Below are positions 1 to 9,843 of a stretch of DNA of 64,000 bases, piece after piece (the stretch's first letter is position 1; every line of letters starts with the position of its first letter). The notes under the pieces were generated by a model that saw only the letters and a list, made by a program, of their open reading frames with translations, was not told the origin of the DNA and made no database searches. The position numbers and the translations under genes are program-made. The stretch is from an uncultured Alphaproteobacteria bacterium. GTDB lineage: Bacteria; Pseudomonadota; Alphaproteobacteria; RF32; CAG-239. The DNA lies in contig CALYBC010000001.1 of assembly GCA_944393725.1 (NCBI GenBank), positions 6,928 to 70,927 on the forward strand. The letters run 5' to 3'.

Positions 1-1159
1 TTCTGATATCTTCCTTACTGACAGCATCTATTTTTGCCACCACTTCATCTATACCCAATGTTCTGCCGTAAATTAAGTTTTGTCGAGCCAGAACTTCTGC
101 TGTGGAGGATGAGCTTTCAAGCCCCATTTTTATGTTGGCTTTGAGCTGCATTTTGGCGCGCATAAATTCTTTGTCGCTGACATCTTCGTTGCATATCTTT
201 TTTATCTCATCTATAACCAAAGGAACCATTACCGGAATATCCTTGGCTTCGGTGCCGGCATATATACCGAACAGACCGGCTTGCGAATGTGATGAAGCGA
301 ATGTGTACACCGAATATACAAGTCCGCGTTTTTCTCTTATCTCTTGAAACAATCTTGACGACATTCCGCCGCCCAAAATCGTCGACAAAATAGCTACATC
401 GTAATATTCTTTACTCTTGTACGGAACACCGGAAAACCCCATTATCATATGGCTTTGCTCAATAGGTCTTCTCTCAATGAAAAATCCGCCTTTATACTCT
501 TGCTTGTCAAATGCAAAATCGGTTTTTAAACGATATCCGCTCATTCTTGCTTTGACCATATTTACAAATTCTTGGTGGGTTATATTTCCAACGGCGCAAA
601 CAACCGTATTTTCGGCGGCATAATTACTTCCGATATAGGATTTCAATGTATCTGCAGTAAAACTTTTTACCGTGTTTTGCGGCCCTAAAATTGAGCGACC
701 CAAGGCTTGATTTGGAAATGCCGTTTCTTGAAAATAATCAAAGATAATATCATCAGGCGTATCTATAGTTTGTTTAATTTCTTGAATGACAACATCTCTT
801 TCTTTTACCAACTCTTCTTCCGGAAATGTCGAATTTAATAGTGAATCGGTTAATACATCGCAGGCTAACTCGGCATCTTCTTTCATCATTTTGGCATAAT
901 ACGCCGTAAATTCTCTTGAGGTATAAGCATTGGACTGACCACCAACATTTTCTATTTCTTCGGTTATATCCAAAGCAGTTCTTTTTTGTGTTCCCTTAAA
1001 TGACATATGCTCCAAAAAATGCGATATACCGTTATTGTCTTTTTGCTCATAGGCCGAGCCGGTTTTAACCCATATACCCAACGATACCGTTTCTAACTGC
1101 GGACGCGTTGATGTGATAATCCGTAATCCGTTTTTTAAAGTTGTTATTTCTGAATCCAT
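1..1159 (-). CDS. M16-family zinc metallopeptidase (mitochondrial-processing-peptidase-like); N-terminal ~386 codons, C-terminus runs off the window
   Basis: Absent from the ORF track because it has no stop inside the window. My reverse-complement translation from the ATG at 1159 reads MDSEITTLKNGLRIITS...GISHFLEHMSFKGT (HxxEH zinc motif)...GGGMSSRLFQEIREKRGLVYSV and stays open to position 1. Track ORFs 102..347 and 417..623 are antisense to it. Confidence 0.85.
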   Translation of the reverse strand, partial: MDSEITTLKNGLRIITSTRPQLETVSLGIWVKTGSAYEQKDNNGISHFLEHMSFKGTQKRTALDITEEIENVGGQSNAYTSREFTAYYAKMMKEDAELACDVLTDSLLNSTFPEEELVKERDVVIQEIKQTIDTPDDIIFDYFQETAFPNQALGRSILGPQNTVKSFTADTLKSYIGSNYAAENTVVCAVGNITHQEFVNMVKARMSGYRLKTDFAFDKQEYKGGFFIERRPIEQSHMIMGFSGVPYKSKEYYDVAILSTILGGGMSSRLFQEIREKRGLVYSVYTFASSHSQAGLFGIYAGTEAKDIPVMVPLVIDEIKKICNEDVSDKEFMRAKMQLKANIKMGLESSSSTAEVLARQNLIYGRTLGIDEVVAKIDAVSKEDIR

Positions 1160-1176
1160 TTTATTTACCTTCTTTA

Positions 1177-2250
1177 CTATGCTTTTAGGGCCGCTTTGAC
1201 AGCTCTTATTCCTGATTTAAACGCTGTTTCCATACAACAAGGATAATCTTTCATACTCCAATCACCGGCTATGAAAATATTAGGATATTCGGTTTGAGGT
1301 GTCAGCGGCCGAAGACGATTATTTTTCTCATTTTGCTTGATGGTTGCGTTTTTGTGGCATACCGCTCTAAACGGCGGAATGAAAGCCGAATTTACCCCTC
1401 TAATTTTATCTAATTCGTGCCATATTTCACGAGCCAAATCGCTTAAATCTTTGCTCTTACCGGTATAATCATAAATTATGGCCGTCAGTATGTTGTTGGC
1501 GGAAAACACCCAATCACAAATTCCGTTTTTAACCCCAATAAATGATGCGCCTTTGGGCAAAAATATGGTTTGTGATGTATGGTAGTTTATTTCAACTATG
1601 TTGTTGTGTTCCAAAGGTGTTGCCGACATTAATTTCGCATATGATAAATTATCAAGAGCCAATATAACTCTGTCTTTGGCTCCCAACTCAACAATTTTCT
1701 TACCGAACTCTAACTGAGCTGCTACTCCAAACTGTGAAGATATCTTAGTTAATTTGCTGTTTAGATGAACTTCGTCGGCATAGGCAGCCATGACATTTAT
1801 TATACGAGGACTTAAATCTTGTTTGGAAAAATATACTTTGGTTTGATTTTTGTTAAAAGGAAACATTGAAAACACTATGTTGTGCTTTATCTCTGAGGGG
1901 ATATTTTCCGATGTATTGCAAAAACTTTTCAATAGCAATTCTTTATTAGTAAATACCGAATTATTTATTTCTTCTTTATCCATATCTATGAACTGTTTTT
2001 CTTTGCTCCATTCACTTTTCTTTACAAAACGAGACATGAACCTATTGGCACCGGTTACGGCATGCAAAGCATTATCCATCGGCATTGATAAGCCTTCGTC
2101 AAAATACGAATAGCATCTGCCGCCCAAATGCTTGCTCCCCTCATAAATTACAGAGCGAATATGCGGATATTTGTGTTTTAGATACCAAGCACAAGAAAGT
2201 CCTGCCAAACCTCCGCCGATAATGTGGTATGTTGCTTTTGTTTTTGCCAA
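1177..2250 (-). CDS. hpnE: FAD-dependent oxidoreductase, HpnE-like (hydroxysqualene dehydroxylase)
   Basis: N-terminal dinucleotide-binding motif HIIGGGLAGLSCAW. Last gene of a tightly spaced trio in hpnC-hpnD-hpnE order. At 357 aa it is shorter than the HpnE proteins I remember. Confidence 0.6.
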   Translation of the reverse strand: MAKTKATYHIIGGGLAGLSCAWYLKHKYPHIRSVIYEGSKHLGGRCYSYFDEGLSMPMDNALHAVTGANRFMSRFVKKSEWSKEKQFIDMDKEEINNSVFTNKELLLKSFCNTSENIPSEIKHNIVFSMFPFNKNQTKVYFSKQDLSPRIINVMAAYADEVHLNSKLTKISSQFGVAAQLEFGKKIVELGAKDRVILALDNLSYAKLMSATPLEHNNIVEINYHTSQTIFLPKGASFIGVKNGICDWVFSANNILTAIIYDYTGKSKDLSDLAREIWHELDKIRGVNSAFIPPFRAVCHKNATIKQNEKNNRLRPLTPQTEYPNIFIAGDWSMKDYPCCMETAFKSGIRAVKAALKA

Positions 2251-2253
2251 ATA

Positions 2254-3090
2254 TTATCTCCCGCTAAGTGCTTTGATAACCAACATCATCTTTATAAATT
2301 TGCCGATATAAGGTTTGGGCGATATTATCTCCCATCCGCGATTATTCATTATATCGAAATATCTTTTATAAATATAAACAATTACTTTAATATTGCGAGC
2401 ATTTCTTTTATTTAATTTTTTAATTAAGCCAAAGGCTTTTTCATAATTTTCGGCGGCAATTTTTGCCAATTCTTCACGAGCTATTGATAAATTTTTATCA
2501 ACTACTACGGTCATCGGGTCTGTTGAATTAATTCCGGCTTTTAATAAAAATTCTCTGGGAATGTACAACCTTCCGGCATTGGCATCATCTCTGACATCAC
2601 GCAAGATATTAGTGATTTGCATTGCGAGGCCTAAAGTCCAAGATAAATCGGCAATTAATTCTTCATCTTTGCAGCCCAAAATTCTTAAATACATACTACA
2701 AGGGGCACCGGCCACTCCGTAACAATATTTATAAAAATCATTTAATTCGGGAGCCCTGACCGGATAGGGTATATCCATTGAGATACCTTCAAGTAAGCTA
2801 ACCAGTTCTTTTTTGGGAATACCAAACCTGATACAATTTTTATAGATATTTCTACCAATATCCGATGCCGGAACTTTTTTGTCATAGATATTATCTATTT
2901 CTCGCCGCCATGCATCCAGCAATTCTTGTTTTTGTGAAAGCGGAAAATCTCCGTCAACAATGTCGTCTATGTGACGACAAAAAGCATATAGCGTATATAT
3001 AGCTCTTCTTTCTTTGGTAGGAAGAATATGAAGTCCCCAAAAAAAAGAAGACCCTGATTTTTTGACAATTTTTCTTATAAGTTTATTCAT
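2254..3090 (-). CDS. hpnD: Squalene/phytoene synthase family, HpnD-like (presqualene diphosphate synthase)
   Basis: SSFFWGLHILP..RRAIYTLYAFCRHIDDIVDG (first Asp-rich motif) and ITNILRDVRDDANAGRLYIP (second motif). Lies 4 nt upstream of the hpnE-like gene. Confidence 0.7.
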   Translation of the reverse strand: MNKLIRKIVKKSGSSFFWGLHILPTKERRAIYTLYAFCRHIDDIVDGDFPLSQKQELLDAWRREIDNIYDKKVPASDIGRNIYKNCIRFGIPKKELVSLLEGISMDIPYPVRAPELNDFYKYCYGVAGAPCSMYLRILGCKDEELIADLSWTLGLAMQITNILRDVRDDANAGRLYIPREFLLKAGINSTDPMTVVVDKNLSIAREELAKIAAENYEKAFGLIKKLNKRNARNIKVIVYIYKRYFDIMNNRGWEIISPKPYIGKFIKMMLVIKALSGR

Positions 3091-3107
3091 AAATTACCAA
3101 CCAGTCA

Positions 3108-3944
3108 TTAATACTTAAAAAACAATGACTTTAACAGTCCGTAAACCAAACTCTTGGTCCAATCATAATAACTCAAACGCGGCTTATATTGTAAAATATC
3201 AACCTTATTATATTTATTTATCATAGAATTAGTTAATGAAAGTATAATACAAACCTCAAACCGCAAACGAAAATTTGTAATCAATCGCGGAAGATGTTGA
3301 ACATCTTTATGCATTGCTCTTATTTTACTTAAAAATTCTTTTAACATGAGTGCCGTTTCCGGCTTGGTATAGGAAAGCCCCAAATCACTTGCTTTTACCC
3401 CATATTCGGCGAGCATATCTTCCGGAATATAGCACCTTTTCAGCAAACTCAAATCTTCTTTTATATCGCCTAAATCATCTAACAACTGCAGTATTATACA
3501 TAGGTTTTGTGCAGGAATATAAGTCGAGTAATTCTCATTATGAATAGCCATCATAAATCTACCGACCGGAGCTGCGGAATAACGACAATAATCAATCAAC
3601 TCTTCCCAAATTCTTACAGGCTTTGCCAAAACATCTCGTTTGAAGGCTTCTAACAAATCAAGATAAAGTGAACTGTCTAAATTTTCTTTAGCAAATATTT
3701 GGCCTAATTTTGACACTTCGGTGTAGGCAGACGGTTCTTTATGATTTATAAAAGCTGCGCTGATTTCTGATAATCTTTGGATTTTTATTTTGTTTGAAAC
3801 ATTTTTGGCGTCAGCCACATCATCGGCTACTCTGGCTGCGCAATAGTACGCATACACCAGTGGCTTCAGCGACGGAGAAACGATTAAACCGACCGGAAAA
3901 TTCTCTTTTATTTTGCTTTTTTCGGATAACATACTAAACATCAA
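3108..3944 (-). CDS. hpnC: Squalene/phytoene synthase family, HpnC-like (hydroxysqualene synthase)
   Basis: ENFPVGL near the N-terminus, [13 protein letters not shown] and [14 protein letters not shown] Asp-rich motifs. First gene of the trio. Overlaps the trmFO stop by 11 nt. Confidence 0.7.
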   Translation of the reverse strand: MMFSMLSEKSKIKENFPVGLIVSPSLKPLVYAYYCAARVADDVADAKNVSNKIKIQRLSEISAAFINHKEPSAYTEVSKLGQIFAKENLDSSLYLDLLEAFKRDVLAKPVRIWEELIDYCRYSAAPVGRFMMAIHNENYSTYIPAQNLCIILQLLDDLGDIKEDLSLLKRCYIPEDMLAEYGVKASDLGLSYTKPETALMLKEFLSKIRAMHKDVQHLPRLITNFRLRFEVCIILSLTNSMINKYNKVDILQYKPRLSYYDWTKSLVYGLLKSLFFKY

Positions 3945-5310
3945 ATTTTTCCAACCATTTTTTTATATCAGTGCCGGCACGACGGCAATATGCTTCTTTC
4001 TTTTCCGTGCCTTTAAGCTTGCGAATTTTCCCTTTGGCGGTATATTCAAGAGGCAATGCCGGAAATAGTCCGAAATTTACATTCATAGGCTGATAATTTT
4101 CTATGGCCGTTGCATCTCTTAGATGAAACCATAGAGAACCAAAGGCCGTTGTCAAAGGTGGTAAGCTTACATCTTTTCCTTTAACTTCGCATGCTTTGAA
4201 ATACCCGACCAATAACCCTGTCGCCGCACTTTCAATATAGCCTTCACAACCGGTTATCTGTCCGGCAAAACTTATATAAGGTTTACTTTTAAGCCGCAAA
4301 AAATCATCCAGCAATATCGGACTTTTGATAAAGGTGTTTTTGTGAATTCCGCCAAGTCGTGCAAAGACTGCATTTTCAAGCCCAGGTATCATGCGAAAAA
4401 CTCGCTCTTGTTCACCATATTTCATCTTGGTTTGGAAGCCGACCATATTTCTTAAAGTATCAGCCTTGTTATCCTGCCTTAATTGGACAACCGCATATGG
4501 TTTTTCCTCAGGCTTGTGGGCATTAGTCAAACCAACCGGTTTCATGGGACCAAACAACAATGTATCCTTGCCTCTTTGAGCCATAACCTCAACAGGTAGA
4601 CAACCATCAAAATAGCAGGCCTTTTCAAAGTCGTGAAACTCAACTTTTTCGGCCGCCAACAACTCATCAACAAAGTTGTAATACTCTTCTTTATTGAGCG
4701 GGCAATTTATGTAATCAAATTTGTCGCCTTTATCATAACGCGATTGATACCATGCTTTGTTGAAATCTATGCTGTCTTTGTATATGACCGGCGCTATGGC
4801 ATCATAAAAGCTTAAACTTTCGTTTCCGGTTTCTTTTTTTATGGCTTGGGCCAATGGTTCTGAGGTTAGCGGACCGCTGGCTATAATAGTAGAGATATTT
4901 TCATTGGGAAGTTCTTGCACTTCTTCGGCGACAAAACTAATCAACGGCGATGATTTTAAGGCTTCATCTATGTATTTTGAAAAACCCTCTCTGTCAACTG
5001 CCAGAGCTCCGCCGGCCGGAACCTTGGTAGCATCGGCCGCCCGCATTATCAAAGATGAGGCTTGTCGCATTTCTTGATGTAACAGCCCGATTGCACTGTT
5101 GGTAGCGTCGTCGCTGCGTAATGAATTGGAGCAAACAAGCTCGGCTGCCCATCCCGTCTTGTGCGCCGGAGACATTTTTTTAGGACGCATTTCGTGAATA
5201 ACAACCTCAACTCCGCGTCTTGCCAACTGCCAAGCCGCTTCGGCTCCGGCCAATCCCGCGCCGATAACATGTACCCGTTCCGTCATTTTATCCATCTTGT
5301 CTGTTAACAT
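3934..5310 (-). CDS. trmFO: Methylenetetrahydrofolate--tRNA-(uracil-5)-methyltransferase TrmFO
   Basis: [32 protein letters not shown]-terminus and [18 protein letters not shown], both typical of TrmFO/Gid. The true start may be one of the internal Met codons ([10 protein letters not shown]). Confidence 0.9.
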   Translation of the reverse strand: MLTDKMDKMTERVHVIGAGLAGAEAAWQLARRGVEVVIHEMRPKKMSPAHKTGWAAELVCSNSLRSDDATNSAIGLLHQEMRQASSLIMRAADATKVPAGGALAVDREGFSKYIDEALKSSPLISFVAEEVQELPNENISTIIASGPLTSEPLAQAIKKETGNESLSFYDAIAPVIYKDSIDFNKAWYQSRYDKGDKFDYINCPLNKEEYYNFVDELLAAEKVEFHDFEKACYFDGCLPVEVMAQRGKDTLLFGPMKPVGLTNAHKPEEKPYAVVQLRQDNKADTLRNMVGFQTKMKYGEQERVFRMIPGLENAVFARLGGIHKNTFIKSPILLDDFLRLKSKPYISFAGQITGCEGYIESAATGLLVGYFKACEVKGKDVSLPPLTTAFGSLWFHLRDATAIENYQPMNVNFGLFPALPLEYTAKGKIRKLKGTEKKEAYCRRAGTDIKKWLEKFDV

Positions 5311-5406
5311 AAGCCAGTTTTTATAACCTTTTCTTCTAAATGTAAATAAAAACTTCGTTTAATAAGTTGCGTATAGTATTTGCCAATACTGATAAAAATA
5401 AATATA

Positions 5407-6621
5407 ATGCTCCCAGTTAGAGAAAATATCGGGTTGGTTATAGTGGCTTTAATTAGGTTATTTTTGATTGTTTCTTTACTTTTTATCAACGGAGGAATCG
5501 CTTCGGCAAGCGAAGATTCTGATGAATATCCTTTTCCCGAAGGTTTTTCGTTTGATGATCTGCCCGACATTGGTACGACAGAAAGTCAAGCTACAAATGA
5601 ACCGACCGAACCAACAAATCCTGATACCGTTACCGGAGATAATACTCCTCAAAATCTCTCAGCTCCCCTACCCTTGGCTTTAGATGACCTGCCTGATATC
5701 GAACCTCTGACCGATGATGATAATTCCGACACCAACGCGGAAACCGACAATACGGAAATTGAGCCATTACCCAACACAGCTCCCCCAATATTGGAAGCTC
5801 CCCAAACAGATAAAAATAATGACATCTTGCAAAAGGATGAGTCTTTAACATCTGCCCTTAAAGAAGACAGTAAAAACTCATCAAGTCCGATTGAGGGAAC
5901 TTGGGTTGAAAAAATAACTTCTTCAAATCCTCTTTCTATTCTTAGCTCAGACGAAAAAAGCGGCAAAAGTCAACTTGAGGATCTGCTCGAAAAATCTCGC
6001 GATAATGAAAGTAAAGGTCGTTCTAACGCTTCGGTGTTTGATATTGCCGGTGTGATGTTAAGAATGAATTTAAGGCAAACCGTCAGAACTCTAGAAAATC
6101 GCGGCTTCCAAAAAATAAATGCAAAATTTCAAATTCCTAACTTCATAAAATGGCGTAACGAAGAAGCTTGCCGTAACGAAGGTGTTGTCGGATACGAAAG
6201 ATTGGAAGCCTGCGTAATAAACAAAGCTAAAAAAGGCGGATATCAGTATGTCCAATACCTTAAGTATGCCAAATTTGATTCAAAAGAAGAAATAGAAGTA
6301 TATCTCACCAGTAATTTCACCGAAAATAAAGTTTATAAAATTGTCTATAACTCCAGAATTGCCAGTATTACGGGGAATTCCCCCAAAGCTATTTATATCA
6401 GAAACTTAAAAGTATATGACTTTTGGAAGACCGTAAACCGCAAATACGGTAATCCGGATAATAAAACAACGGTAACTTGGGGCTTGGGCGGTAACAAGCC
6501 ATATCTTAAAGCCGCAACCGGATATTTACTACTTGAAGACCCCATGTTTGTGGAAATGGATTACACCAGAATGTCACGTGAAGATCAGCGCTTTATTAAC
6601 AGCGATTTTTATAATTTTTAA
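5407..6621 (+). CDS. Secreted protein of unknown function: signal peptide, acidic Pro/Thr/Asp-rich linker with a repeated DDLPDI motif, ~200-aa C-terminal globular domain
   Basis: The ATG at 5407 gives MLPVRENIGLVIVALIRLFLIVSLLFINGGIASA|SED (Sec-like signal). FDDLPDIGTTE and LDDLPDIEPLTDDD repeats. I recognise no family. First gene of a same-strand cluster with chpT/cheY/cheR. Confidence 0.55.
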   Translation: MLPVRENIGLVIVALIRLFLIVSLLFINGGIASASEDSDEYPFPEGFSFDDLPDIGTTESQATNEPTEPTNPDTVTGDNTPQNLSAPLPLALDDLPDIEPLTDDDNSDTNAETDNTEIEPLPNTAPPILEAPQTDKNNDILQKDESLTSALKEDSKNSSSPIEGTWVEKITSSNPLSILSSDEKSGKSQLEDLLEKSRDNESKGRSNASVFDIAGVMLRMNLRQTVRTLENRGFQKINAKFQIPNFIKWRNEEACRNEGVVGYERLEACVINKAKKGGYQYVQYLKYAKFDSKEEIEVYLTSNFTENKVYKIVYNSRIASITGNSPKAIYIRNLKVYDFWKTVNRKYGNPDNKTTVTWGLGGNKPYLKAATGYLLLEDPMFVEMDYTRMSREDQRFINSDFYNF

Positions 6622-6667
6622 ATCTTTTGCTGATAGATTACAGAAAATTTGTTTTAGTAGGTGTGAT

Positions 6668-7267
6668 ATGAATAATAATCTTATAAGTGAATTGTTGTGT
6701 ACCAGAATAAGCCATGATCTTGCAGGGAGTATCGGTGCCGTTGCCAATGCCGTCGAACTCTTGGAAGAAGGAGATATGGAATTTTTAGATGATATAAAAT
6801 CAATCTTAAAAACGAGCTCTCAGAATCTTTCTAACAGAATGAAATTCTTCCGTTTGGCTTTCGGTCTTAAAAATACTAATCTTGATGATACCAATATGGT
6901 AAAAACCATAACAAAAAATTATTTATCGACAATAGGAAACAAAGATTTTCCTCTCGCTTTGGCATGGAACATAACCAACATAAAAAATAACAGAGCAGCC
7001 ATGCTTATGACAATGATTGCAGCCGATATGTTAATCCGCGGCGGAACTATAAATCTGTATGATAATGATAAAAAAATAATTGCAGAATTCAGTAAAACTC
7101 TTAAAATCTCGACCGAAAAATTGGATAAACTCAAAACAATATTAGAAGACGGCGGCGATATTACCGACGCAACAACGACCCCGCTTTTGGTATTGCAAAG
7201 CGATAATTCTAAGCTGTATGTAAACGAAACTAATGATACTGTATTGCTGATTAAAGAAACGGAATAG
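6668..7267 (+). CDS. chpT: ChpT-family histidine phosphotransferase
   Basis: The internal ATG at 6668 gives MNNNLISELLCTRISHDLAGSIGAVANAVELLEEGD, the ChpT/HPTransfase signature around the phospho-His. About 199 aa, the size expected for ChpT. The 5' extension in the ORF track overlaps the upstream gene and is unlikely to be real. Confidence 0.65.
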   Translation: MNNNLISELLCTRISHDLAGSIGAVANAVELLEEGDMEFLDDIKSILKTSSQNLSNRMKFFRLAFGLKNTNLDDTNMVKTITKNYLSTIGNKDFPLALAWNITNIKNNRAAMLMTMIAADMLIRGGTINLYDNDKKIIAEFSKTLKISTEKLDKLKTILEDGGDITDATTTPLLVLQSDNSKLYVNETNDTVLLIKETE

Positions 7268-7272
7268 TAAAA

Positions 7273-7650
7273 ATGCAAACTTGTTTGATTGCCGATGACT
7301 CTAAAATAATGCGAATGTTACTCTCCAAAATTATGGAAAACTTTGGATATACCGTAACAGAAGCTGATGATGGTGAAGATTTGCTTGAACAATGCGCCAA
7401 AAACATGCCGGATGTTATCATAAGTGACTGGAATTTACCGCTAATTGACGGAATTGATATATTATACAAAATACGTGCAGATAAAAAAATAAAACAGCCT
7501 TATTTTATTTTTTGTTCCTATATCAAAGATCCTGAAATAATTAAGCAGGCTATAAAAGGCGGTGCCGACGATTTTATCATGCGCCCATTTGACGAAGACA
7601 TCATAGCGTCGAAATTAAAAATAATAAAAATAATGCGAGGAGACAGATAA
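7273..7650 (+). CDS. Single-domain CheY-like response-regulator receiver (atypical: Arg replaces the conserved Lys)
   Basis: Acidic pocket D8-D9, phospho-acceptor D52 (IISDWNLP) and S82 are present. The usual KPF motif reads MRPF (R104, codon cgc at 7582..7584). Starts 6 nt after the chpT stop. Confidence 0.8.
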   Translation: MQTCLIADDSKIMRMLLSKIMENFGYTVTEADDGEDLLEQCAKNMPDVIISDWNLPLIDGIDILYKIRADKKIKQPYFIFCSYIKDPEIIKQAIKGGADDFIMRPFDEDIIASKLKIIKIMRGDR

Positions 7651-8549
7651 TGCGCCGTCAAGATTTTGAATTTCTACTAGATATGCTCAAGAATAATGCC
7701 GGCTGGGAATTTGACGAGTCGCAATATTTTATTATTGATAAAAAAATATCAAATTTTATTCGTGAAAAAGGTTTTAACACGGTAGAAGATTTGATAATGG
7801 AACTTAAGATGGATAAAAAGCCTCTCATCTCTCAAGTGGTTGAAGCTATGGCTTTTTCGGACACATCTTTCTTTAGAGATTTTGATGTGTTTTTCCGTTT
7901 TCAAAATGTTTTGTTGCCAGAAATCAAAGAAAAATGTCGAGCCTCAAAAAAATTAAACATATGGAGCTTAGGATGTTCTACCGGGCAAGAAACTTATTCT
8001 ATTGCCATGGCCGTTGCCAAGGCAAACAAAATGTTTGCCGATTGGGAAGTAAACATTGTCGGATCTGACTTATCATCTCTATCAATAAGCAAAGCTCAAC
8101 ATGGGAAATATAACAATTTTGAGATTCAAATGGGGCTAAATGCCAGAACAATCCTAGAATTCTTTACCCCAGAAGATGATATGTGGTCGGCCAACGAAGA
8201 TATAAGAAAAATGGTCGAGTTCCGTCGTTATAATATGCTCGAAGATGTGGTTACTAAGTCAAAATTTGAAATTATTTTCTGCCGTAATGTGTTGAGATAT
8301 TTTGCTCCGGAATACCAAGAAAAAATATTGCAAAGGATAAGCTCTCATCAGCCACAGGGAGGATATTTGTATCTGGGCAAAAATGAGGTCATTCCATCAA
8401 TTGAAAAATACTATTATCGCCTCAATAATAATACCGGAGCATATGTCGCAATCGGCAACCAAAACACTCTAAGCAATACCGAAATTTCTGTTGAAGAAAA
8501 TAAAGATAACAACATGCCCAGCTTTGTAAGACCTAAGATATTGGCTTAA
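7650..8549 (+). CDS. cheR: CheR-type protein-glutamate O-methyltransferase
   Basis: TSFFRD motif and SAM-binding IWSLGCSTGQETYSIAMA; IFCRNVLRYF. TAATG start/stop overlap with the receiver gene. Confidence 0.85.
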   Translation: MRRQDFEFLLDMLKNNAGWEFDESQYFIIDKKISNFIREKGFNTVEDLIMELKMDKKPLISQVVEAMAFSDTSFFRDFDVFFRFQNVLLPEIKEKCRASKKLNIWSLGCSTGQETYSIAMAVAKANKMFADWEVNIVGSDLSSLSISKAQHGKYNNFEIQMGLNARTILEFFTPEDDMWSANEDIRKMVEFRRYNMLEDVVTKSKFEIIFCRNVLRYFAPEYQEKILQRISSHQPQGGYLYLGKNEVIPSIEKYYYRLNNNTGAYVAIGNQNTLSNTEISVEENKDNNMPSFVRPKILA

Positions 8550-8570
8550 TCATTTCAATATCGCACATAA

Positions 8571-8611
8571 AAAAACACCTCTTACCGCAAATGGTAAGAG
8601 GTGTTTTTTTA
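8571..8611. terminator. Bidirectional rho-independent terminator shared by cheR (+) and the Cys-rich gene (-)
   Basis: Perfect 12-bp stem acacctcttacc/ggtaagaggtgt with loop gcaaat, flanked by an A-run and a T-run. Confidence 0.85.
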
Positions 8612-8616
8612 TGTTA

Positions 8617-9765
8617 TTATTTCCACCAAGCGAGATACCCGCCCCAGTAGCTGTCGTAATCTATATTACCTGTTGCACAACCGGTTGCGGTATTACTCCG
8701 GCACACCAGTCGACCGGTTCCGCTGTCTTTTAACCGAACATCATACACCATTCCGTTAACTGTTTTATATGAATCCGCACTACTGCATAGAGGTGTTATT
8801 GTTGAACCTTTACCTTGATTGAGCCCTAAGCATACTTGCGTGTAACCTGACGGACATACCAACATGCTACAACTAATATCTCCTGAAGTTACGGGTTTAG
8901 CTGTGAATTTGCTATCAGATGCAGTAACACATAAACCTAATTTTCCATTTAATTTAGCAGCACATCCCGTGGGTTCATAGCAAGTGGTACCATCAAGTAC
9001 TCTTTGCGTCATTACCACACAACTTGTAGATGCTGCGGTTGAACATCCATCGTCTCCAGAGCACCCATTATAGTAATACAATGTCTTGGGGCTGGGAAGC
9101 AGCGATAAATAAACAGTATATTGTCTGTGACAAGTTGCACCGTTGGGAATTGCTGTATAAAATTTACCTTTGGTTGCCTCATAATCATAGACACATTTAA
9201 CCGAGTCAGTATAAGGAGTGTGATATAAATATGTAATAGCATGATTTTTTGATGATAAAACCGGATGGTTTGTGAATGTCTTATACCCGCTTTTACACTT
9301 AAAACCGGCCTTTTCATAGCAAGTGGTCGTTCCAAGCTTTTTGGGAGTCGGATATATTATTGAAGAAAGATTTAATGTAACCTTAGTGCTATCTATATAA
9401 GATGAAGAGCATTCACACTTAGAATATTTGACATTCTTTCCATCATTGCATTTATAGGTGGAAGACGGTGCCGTAAACCCTGTTTGTGAGCATTGTGAAG
9501 AGGTATATTGAAAAGTTGATGGACATGAACAGCTGTAGCAAGTGGTTCCGTCAAAAAGTTTATGCGTGGTGCAGGTAGCATTTACCGTTGCATCTTTCTG
9601 CGTCTGCGTCAAATACCCATAGGTAGCACAAGAAGCTGCAGGCTTGATGGCATTATTTAACCGCTGAAGCTGGTACTCATGCACCGGCACTACCTTTGCC
9701 GATGCTGTGGATACTGCCATAACGGCGGCAAAAACAGAAAACACTCCAACCATACTTTTTGTCAT
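8617..9765 (-). CDS. Cys-rich secreted protein, unknown family (paralog A, 382 aa)
   Basis: Signal peptide ...AVSTASA|KVVPVHEYQ. 25 Cys by my count in the mature part. Repeated G-T-T-C-Y contexts. C-terminal IDYDSYWGGYLAWWK. Full-length paralog of 9844..11073. Confidence 0.75.
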   Translation of the reverse strand: MTKSMVGVFSVFAAVMAVSTASAKVVPVHEYQLQRLNNAIKPAASCATYGYLTQTQKDATVNATCTTHKLFDGTTCYSCSCPSTFQYTSSQCSQTGFTAPSSTYKCNDGKNVKYSKCECSSSYIDSTKVTLNLSSIIYPTPKKLGTTTCYEKAGFKCKSGYKTFTNHPVLSSKNHAITYLYHTPYTDSVKCVYDYEATKGKFYTAIPNGATCHRQYTVYLSLLPSPKTLYYYNGCSGDDGCSTAASTSCVVMTQRVLDGTTCYEPTGCAAKLNGKLGLCVTASDSKFTAKPVTSGDISCSMLVCPSGYTQVCLGLNQGKGSTITPLCSSADSYKTVNGMVYDVRLKDSGTGRLVCRSNTATGCATGNIDYDSYWGGYLAWWK

Positions 9766-9800
9766 GACACTCTTCCTTTTCTTACATATTCCTTATTATA

Positions 9801-9829
9801 ATATTAGCACCTTTTATCTAATAACACAA
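9801..9829 (-). promoter_or_regulatory. Putative sigma70-type promoter of Cys-rich paralog A
   Basis: Minus strand reads TTGTGT-N17-TAATAT (-35 at 9829..9824, -10 at 9806..9801). The same architecture sits upstream of paralog B. Confidence 0.45.
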
Positions 9830-9843
9830 TATCATAAAAAAAC

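Noticed and set aside
102-623. Two plus-strand ORFs (81 and 68 aa) listed by the track at the left edge
   Set aside because: Both lie antisense inside the clearly coding M16 peptidase gene, which has the HFLEH motif and is open from 1159 to 1.
9685-9700. Sigma54-like motif CGGCAC-N5-TTGCC on the plus strand inside Cys-rich paralog A, with a sister motif AGGTAC-N5-TTGCA at 10990..11005 inside paralog B
   Set aside because: Both are antisense to the genes and fall exactly on the conserved codons for A-x-A-KVVPV. They would fire into the upstream gene's 3' end. A by-product of protein conservation.
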